From Thermoplasmata archaeon (GTDB lineage Archaea; Thermoplasmatota; Thermoplasmata; Thermoplasmatales; GCA-001856825), in NCBI GenBank assembly GCA_021792255.1, contig JAJYUZ010000001.1, positions 352,001 to 416,000 of the forward strand: a stretch of 64,000 nt of DNA, read 5' to 3'. The notes below the pieces were generated by a model. The model did not search any database. It had not been told where the DNA came from and saw only the letters and a program-made list of their open reading frames with translations. Each line of letters opens with the position of its first letter. Positions within the stretch are counted from its first letter, which is position 1. Both the position numbers and the translations under genes were made by a program. Below, one piece after another: positions 59,576 through 64,000 of the stretch.

Positions 59576-61039
59576 ATGAGATATCTCGCTAGACGATATG
59601 GAGAGTTCTTCGGGTTCAAGATTCCCAGCGTACTTAGCATAGACCAATTTCCGTTCGACCATCAAACTCTGGAGACTCGCAAGGACCTAATATTTCAAAC
59701 CGGGAACATAGTATTCTTGAACCGGATAAACAAGCTCAATGCGAGGGAATTTATCAGAACCGTAATGGAGGTAAGAACGCGCTATCCGAACAAGTTGATC
59801 TATCTACCCGCATTTGGACTTCCAAACGACTATCCTATTTTGTTCTACGCAGGCATAGACCTGCTAGATGACTCGTCGATAAGATTGCTGGGAGACAACA
59901 ACTGTCTGAGTGAATTCGGCGTCTATAGAGGAAGTGACTGTCTTACCAAGAATGAAGAGCAGAAGGTGAGAGTGCTAGACCTCATCAATCTCTCCCTAGA
60001 AAATGGAAAGTTTAGGGAAATCGTCGAAACGCACAGTTTCTCAAACTTCTCAAAAGAGGCTCTAAGAATACTTGACATGGAATTCTATCAGTACATCGAT
60101 GGGTTTATGGACTATCGACCAAAGAAGATCGTAGCTGCAAATGTTGAAGGAATCTACAGGCCAGAGATAGTCAACTACAGAGAGAGAATTAAGGGCTTGA
60201 GGCAGACTGCAGAAAATCTACTTCTTATTCCTTGTTCGGCAATCAAGCCCTATTCACAGTCAAAGACCCACAGGATTCTTCATTCCTTCGTTCACTCTTC
60301 GCAAGGAGGAATTCAGGAGGTCATAGTCACCAGCCCTCTGGGACTCGTACCTAGGGAGCTAGAGTCATTCTTTCCCCCAATGTACTACGACATACCAGTA
60401 ACCGGTTACTGGTTTGAGGAAGAGAGAAAGGTACTGTACGATTTGTCGAAGGAATACTTCCTGCGGAAAAAGTATGCAAATGTCTTCTATTTACTCCCAC
60501 AGCAAGAGGGTGATATTCTGGGACTCTTCGAGAATACGGAAGGAGTGACTGGTAGCATAAATTTTGAAAACTCCGAGAAATTATCCAAGATTATTGATTC
60601 CCACAAAATTCAGGGTGACAAGCGAAAGAAAGAATCGATCGAGATCGCGAACGTATTGAAATTCATGTTCGATATCGATCTAGAACCTGAGCACCTCAAG
60701 CAAAGAAAAGAAGGCAACAGGAGAATCATTCTCTTGAACGACTTGCCTATCTTGAGGAGAACAATGTCTGGTATCAAAATGATGAAAGGACTCGGCGATG
60801 TACTACTGTCGAAAGGAATGAGGGTCGTCGAAACAGAAGGGATCTTCAAGGGCGACAATCTCTTCATCCCAGGGATAAAAGGAGTTTCTGAGGACGTGAA
60901 GCCCGGGATGGAGGTCGCCTTGGTCAAAGATGGTTCGGTGATAGGGAGGGGTATGTCGCAAGTTTCTGGTCTCGATCTGCTGATGGAAAAGAGAGGAATC
61001 GGTGTCAACGACGTGACATATTTCAACCACGAAGATTAG
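59576..61039 (+). CDS. arcS: Archaeosine synthase alpha (ArcS/TgtA2) with PUA domain
   Basis: PCSAIKPYSQSKTH, TSPLGLVPRELE, YDIPVTGYW and a C-terminal PUA domain. Confidence 0.88.
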   Translation: MRYLARRYGEFFGFKIPSVLSIDQFPFDHQTLETRKDLIFQTGNIVFLNRINKLNAREFIRTVMEVRTRYPNKLIYLPAFGLPNDYPILFYAGIDLLDDSSIRLLGDNNCLSEFGVYRGSDCLTKNEEQKVRVLDLINLSLENGKFREIVETHSFSNFSKEALRILDMEFYQYIDGFMDYRPKKIVAANVEGIYRPEIVNYRERIKGLRQTAENLLLIPCSAIKPYSQSKTHRILHSFVHSSQGGIQEVIVTSPLGLVPRELESFFPPMYYDIPVTGYWFEEERKVLYDLSKEYFLRKKYANVFYLLPQQEGDILGLFENTEGVTGSINFENSEKLSKIIDSHKIQGDKRKKESIEIANVLKFMFDIDLEPEHLKQRKEGNRRIILLNDLPILRRTMSGIKMMKGLGDVLLSKGMRVVETEGIFKGDNLFIPGIKGVSEDVKPGMEVALVKDGSVIGRGMSQVSGLDLLMEKRGIGVNDVTYFNHED

Positions 61040-61042
61040 AGA

Positions 61043-61771
61043 TCACAGAACGAAGAGTTTGTAGAGTTTTTCCAGCTGTTTGGGGTCTTTGATCCTCTCT
61101 CTCAGGTCGTTCTTTAGATTAGACCGGTCATAAGAGAATCTCTTCAACTCGAAGGACTCTTTCTCTGTATCAAATACAGCATAAGCAGGTTTGGGGTTCC
61201 CATCTCTCGGTTGCCCTGAAGATCCTGGATTCACTATCAAGTTTCCGCTATAGTTTACTAAGAACTGATAGTGCGTATGCCCCACCAAATAATTCCCTTG
61301 TTCCTGAGTAAAGCTCATGGGATCCCTTAATAGGTCATTGGAGATTTTCCACGGATAAAGGTATCCATAAAGAGAATCGGCAGGAGCACCGTGCACCAGA
61401 TGAAAAGCGACCCCGTCCAGTTCTACATCCAGAGATGTCGGTAATGACCTTAGGAAGTCTATCTCCTTCTTGCCTAGATCCTTCATCGTAATATTTTCTC
61501 TTGTGTAAACAGACAGCTCGTGATTCTCCTGAGAACAGAGACAGTCCTTGTTAAAAGCGGCTGCATAGTCGTGGTTCCCCGATACTATATGCTTTGCCGT
61601 CCTTCTGACTTCTTCCACCACCTCAGTTGGGCTGGTTCCATAATCGACTATGTCCCCAAGAAAAACGGCCTCGTCAAAATTCTCATTATTTAGTAAAGTG
61701 CTCAGTGCGTATTTGTTTGCGTGAATGTCGCTGAATATTAAGATCCTCATAGAGAGCCCAATACGTCTCAT
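61043..61771 (-). CDS. Metallophosphoesterase
   Basis: SDIHAN, GDIVDYG, GNHD, GHTH and NPGSSGQPRDG. Confidence 0.92.
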   Translation of the reverse strand: MRRIGLSMRILIFSDIHANKYALSTLLNNENFDEAVFLGDIVDYGTSPTEVVEEVRRTAKHIVSGNHDYAAAFNKDCLCSQENHELSVYTRENITMKDLGKKEIDFLRSLPTSLDVELDGVAFHLVHGAPADSLYGYLYPWKISNDLLRDPMSFTQEQGNYLVGHTHYQFLVNYSGNLIVNPGSSGQPRDGNPKPAYAVFDTEKESFELKRFSYDRSNLKNDLRERIKDPKQLEKLYKLFVL

Positions 61772-61855
61772 TCTAAACTTTTTGTGTTCTCTCCAACCTG
61801 TCTCAATTTGACCTCAAACAGATTGCAATTTTGAGGACCAAAATATAGAAATATT

Positions 61856-62893
61856 ATGGGAAATTTAGTTCATGGAGCTATGTTTCCATTTATAGTTTTC
61901 TTGAGGAAACTTAGGCAGAAACTCAAAGACATATTCTATGGAACCATAATATCGACCGTCGTCGTAATATTTTATGGAACGTTCTCGGAGTATTATATCG
62001 AGAATCCTATCCCCAACTCCGGAATACATTCTCTGTTCGAAAGTTTTTGGTGGGTGATCCAGACTATCACCACAGTTGGATATGGAGACGTTCCTATCGT
62101 AAGCTTCTGGGGAAAACTAAATGCCATCGTCGTGATGTTGGTTGGTATAGGGGCTCTAGGGGCATTTACGGCTTCACTTGCAGCAAACATGGTCGATGCA
62201 AACATAGCTGCAAGACTTGGTGAGAGGAGAGTAAATATGAAAGACCACGTAATTGTGTGCAGCGCAGACGAAGGAATAGCCGATGTAGTCAGCGAGTTTA
62301 ATGAAAATGCTCTTGAAGTTGTGCTACTCGATACTGAAGACCCGAAACCCGCGAAGGGGTCTTATACCTTTGTCAGAGGGAAGTGTTCTGCCGAAGATGA
62401 CCTCAAAAACGCGGGGATAGGTAGGGCATCCAAGATACTGATATTCCCTGAGAGAGGGACTTCAGATGCATCTTCTGCAGATGCTAAGTCCATCCTAACG
62501 GCCATGGTAATCAAGAAACTCAAAAACGACTCTTATATCGTTCTTGAGCTCTTAAAGGAGGAGAACAGAGCACACGCAGTTTTGGCTGGGGCTGACGAAG
62601 TGGTGGTCAAAGGCTCTATATCGACGCTTCTGATGACAAGTGCAGTTACTTCACCGGGAGTCAGCAAGCTGTTTTATGAACTTCTAAGGGGAAAAGATGG
62701 TTACAGAATCAAGGAGTACCCAATCGAGGACGGATTCAAGGGCAAGACCTGCAGTGAAATGTACAAGGAAATGGATATCGAAGGTAGGGTGGTCCTAGGG
62801 TTCAGGTCCGAAGATGTTATAAAAATTAGGCCGGCGGGTCAGTCTGTAGTGACGTGGGAGTCCGTGATCGTAATGGAACCCAATTCCGGTTAA
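61856..62893 (+). CDS. Potassium channel with RCK domain (MthK-like)
   Basis: TITTVGYGD selectivity filter, two TM helices and an RCK domain. Confidence 0.92.
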   Translation: MGNLVHGAMFPFIVFLRKLRQKLKDIFYGTIISTVVVIFYGTFSEYYIENPIPNSGIHSLFESFWWVIQTITTVGYGDVPIVSFWGKLNAIVVMLVGIGALGAFTASLAANMVDANIAARLGERRVNMKDHVIVCSADEGIADVVSEFNENALEVVLLDTEDPKPAKGSYTFVRGKCSAEDDLKNAGIGRASKILIFPERGTSDASSADAKSILTAMVIKKLKNDSYIVLELLKEENRAHAVLAGADEVVVKGSISTLLMTSAVTSPGVSKLFYELLRGKDGYRIKEYPIEDGFKGKTCSEMYKEMDIEGRVVLGFRSEDVIKIRPAGQSVVTWESVIVMEPNSG

Positions 62894-62981
62894 TTTGCCT
62901 CAATTTTTGATTTTATTCAATATGACGAGAAAAAATTAATTAATGGCCCCGGAATCCCTTGCACAATAAGAGGTAGATAAA

Positions 62982-64000
62982 TTGGCTAAGTATGTGTTGA
63001 TGTCGGATAACACATTAATGTATGGATATAGGGACTTCCCTCTTCTAGATTTCCTTCCATGCGCTCCCGTTTCGAAGGTTCCCGCTCCTGTCTTCAATTT
63101 TCTCAAGGGTCCACCATATCCGGCAATGAGCGATGGACAACCAATCCACACAGCATATGCCGTCAGGAAAATGGAAGCTTCACTTCTTAGAAGGAATAAG
63201 AGAGAAGATATTTATGTCGCTCAGAACGATAGTATCGAGAGTGCCATAAAGGACGATACAGAAGTCATTGGCGTAAGCACCATGGACCCTCTGGGACTCG
63301 GTCCGACCACAATGTCCTACTACGTCCTTTTCGGAGGGGACCCATACGCTTGGGTGAGGAAAGAGTGGGAGACACTGATTGCAAAGATAAATGCGGCTAG
63401 GAAGGGAAAGAAAGCCAAGCTCTTGATTGGAGGACCCGGCGTCCTGGAATTCTTCCAGATGAGGGAGGAACTAGACAAAGAAGGAATCGATTTTGCGTTC
63501 TCCGGCGAAGCCGACGACATAATGCCGGACTTATTCGAACAAGTGGCAGCAGATAACATAGATTCAAAGATGTTTTACAAGGGATATACGGAATACGACG
63601 AAAAGTTCAGCAGGAAGTACAAGCAGGACGAAAAGATAATTTCGAGAGCCCAGACTGGTAAACTTTATCCTAGGTTGGAGGAGATCCCGACCATCGTCAA
63701 TCCCTCTGTCAAAGGTATGGTCGAGGTGATGAGAGGCTGCGGGATAGGATGCGACTTCTGTGAAGTCACTCTGAGACCCTTAAGGTATTACACCCCAGAA
63801 ATGATCAGGACGGAAGTCGAAGTAAACCTAAAGAAGGGCGGAAATTCTCACGTTTGGCTTCACTCCGACGACATTTGGGGATATAAGCACGACAATTTCT
63901 TTAGACCAAATGAAGAGGAACTCGTAGACATGTTCAAGGTGGTAATGGATACCCCCGGCATATCGGGAATGAATCCGACCCACGGAAGAATCTCAATTCC
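62982..64000 (+). CDS. Radical SAM protein (B12-binding-like family), 3'-truncated
   Basis: TTG after GAGGT. Motifs VSTMDPLGLGP, IGGPG and EVMRGCGIGCDFC. Open to the window end. Confidence 0.88.
   Translation, partial: MAKYVLMSDNTLMYGYRDFPLLDFLPCAPVSKVPAPVFNFLKGPPYPAMSDGQPIHTAYAVRKMEASLLRRNKREDIYVAQNDSIESAIKDDTEVIGVSTMDPLGLGPTTMSYYVLFGGDPYAWVRKEWETLIAKINAARKGKKAKLLIGGPGVLEFFQMREELDKEGIDFAFSGEADDIMPDLFEQVAADNIDSKMFYKGYTEYDEKFSRKYKQDEKIISRAQTGKLYPRLEEIPTIVNPSVKGMVEVMRGCGIGCDFCEVTLRPLRYYTPEMIRTEVEVNLKKGGNSHVWLHSDDIWGYKHDNFFRPNEEELVDMFKVVMDTPGISGMNPTHGRISI

Noticed and set aside
1-64000. CRISPR arrays, rRNA, IS transposases, and the many short antisense ORFs
   Set aside because: No repeat-spacer arrays, rRNA or transposase motifs were seen. 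The short ORFs are shadows of well-supported genes.

Overview
Archaeal chromosomal segment, most likely from a Thermoplasmatales-like organism. This is inferred from archaeal tpiA, cca, nac, arcS, a SelB-like protein, UPF0147, archaeal pilins and an archaeal-type RNase P RNA. The housekeeping and metabolic content includes a 5'-truncated aprA, two tRNA-Arg genes, RNase P RNA, purD, mrp, transporters, a B12 acyl-CoA mutase with isobutyryl-CoA mutase signatures, aconitase, a large beta-oxidation/ETF cluster, a degenerate FtsZ paralogue, a K+ channel and a partial radical SAM gene. The most striking element is a module present twice in opposite orientations (14801-17240 and 25000-27419). Each copy has a 25-bp palindrome, then an unannotated 31/33-aa hydrophobic peptide gene, then two tandem Zn-ribbon/wHTH/beta-sandwich regulators. 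A divergent TATA-like box facing hairpin-rich sequence lies on the other side of the palindrome. Motif spacing is conserved between the copies almost to the nucleotide. The copies lie next to orphan DppB/DppC permeases and type IV pilins. My working hypothesis is an undescribed archaeal peptide-signalling (SHP/Rgg- or Phr-like) regulatory system. All calls come from manual motif reading; no database searches were run.
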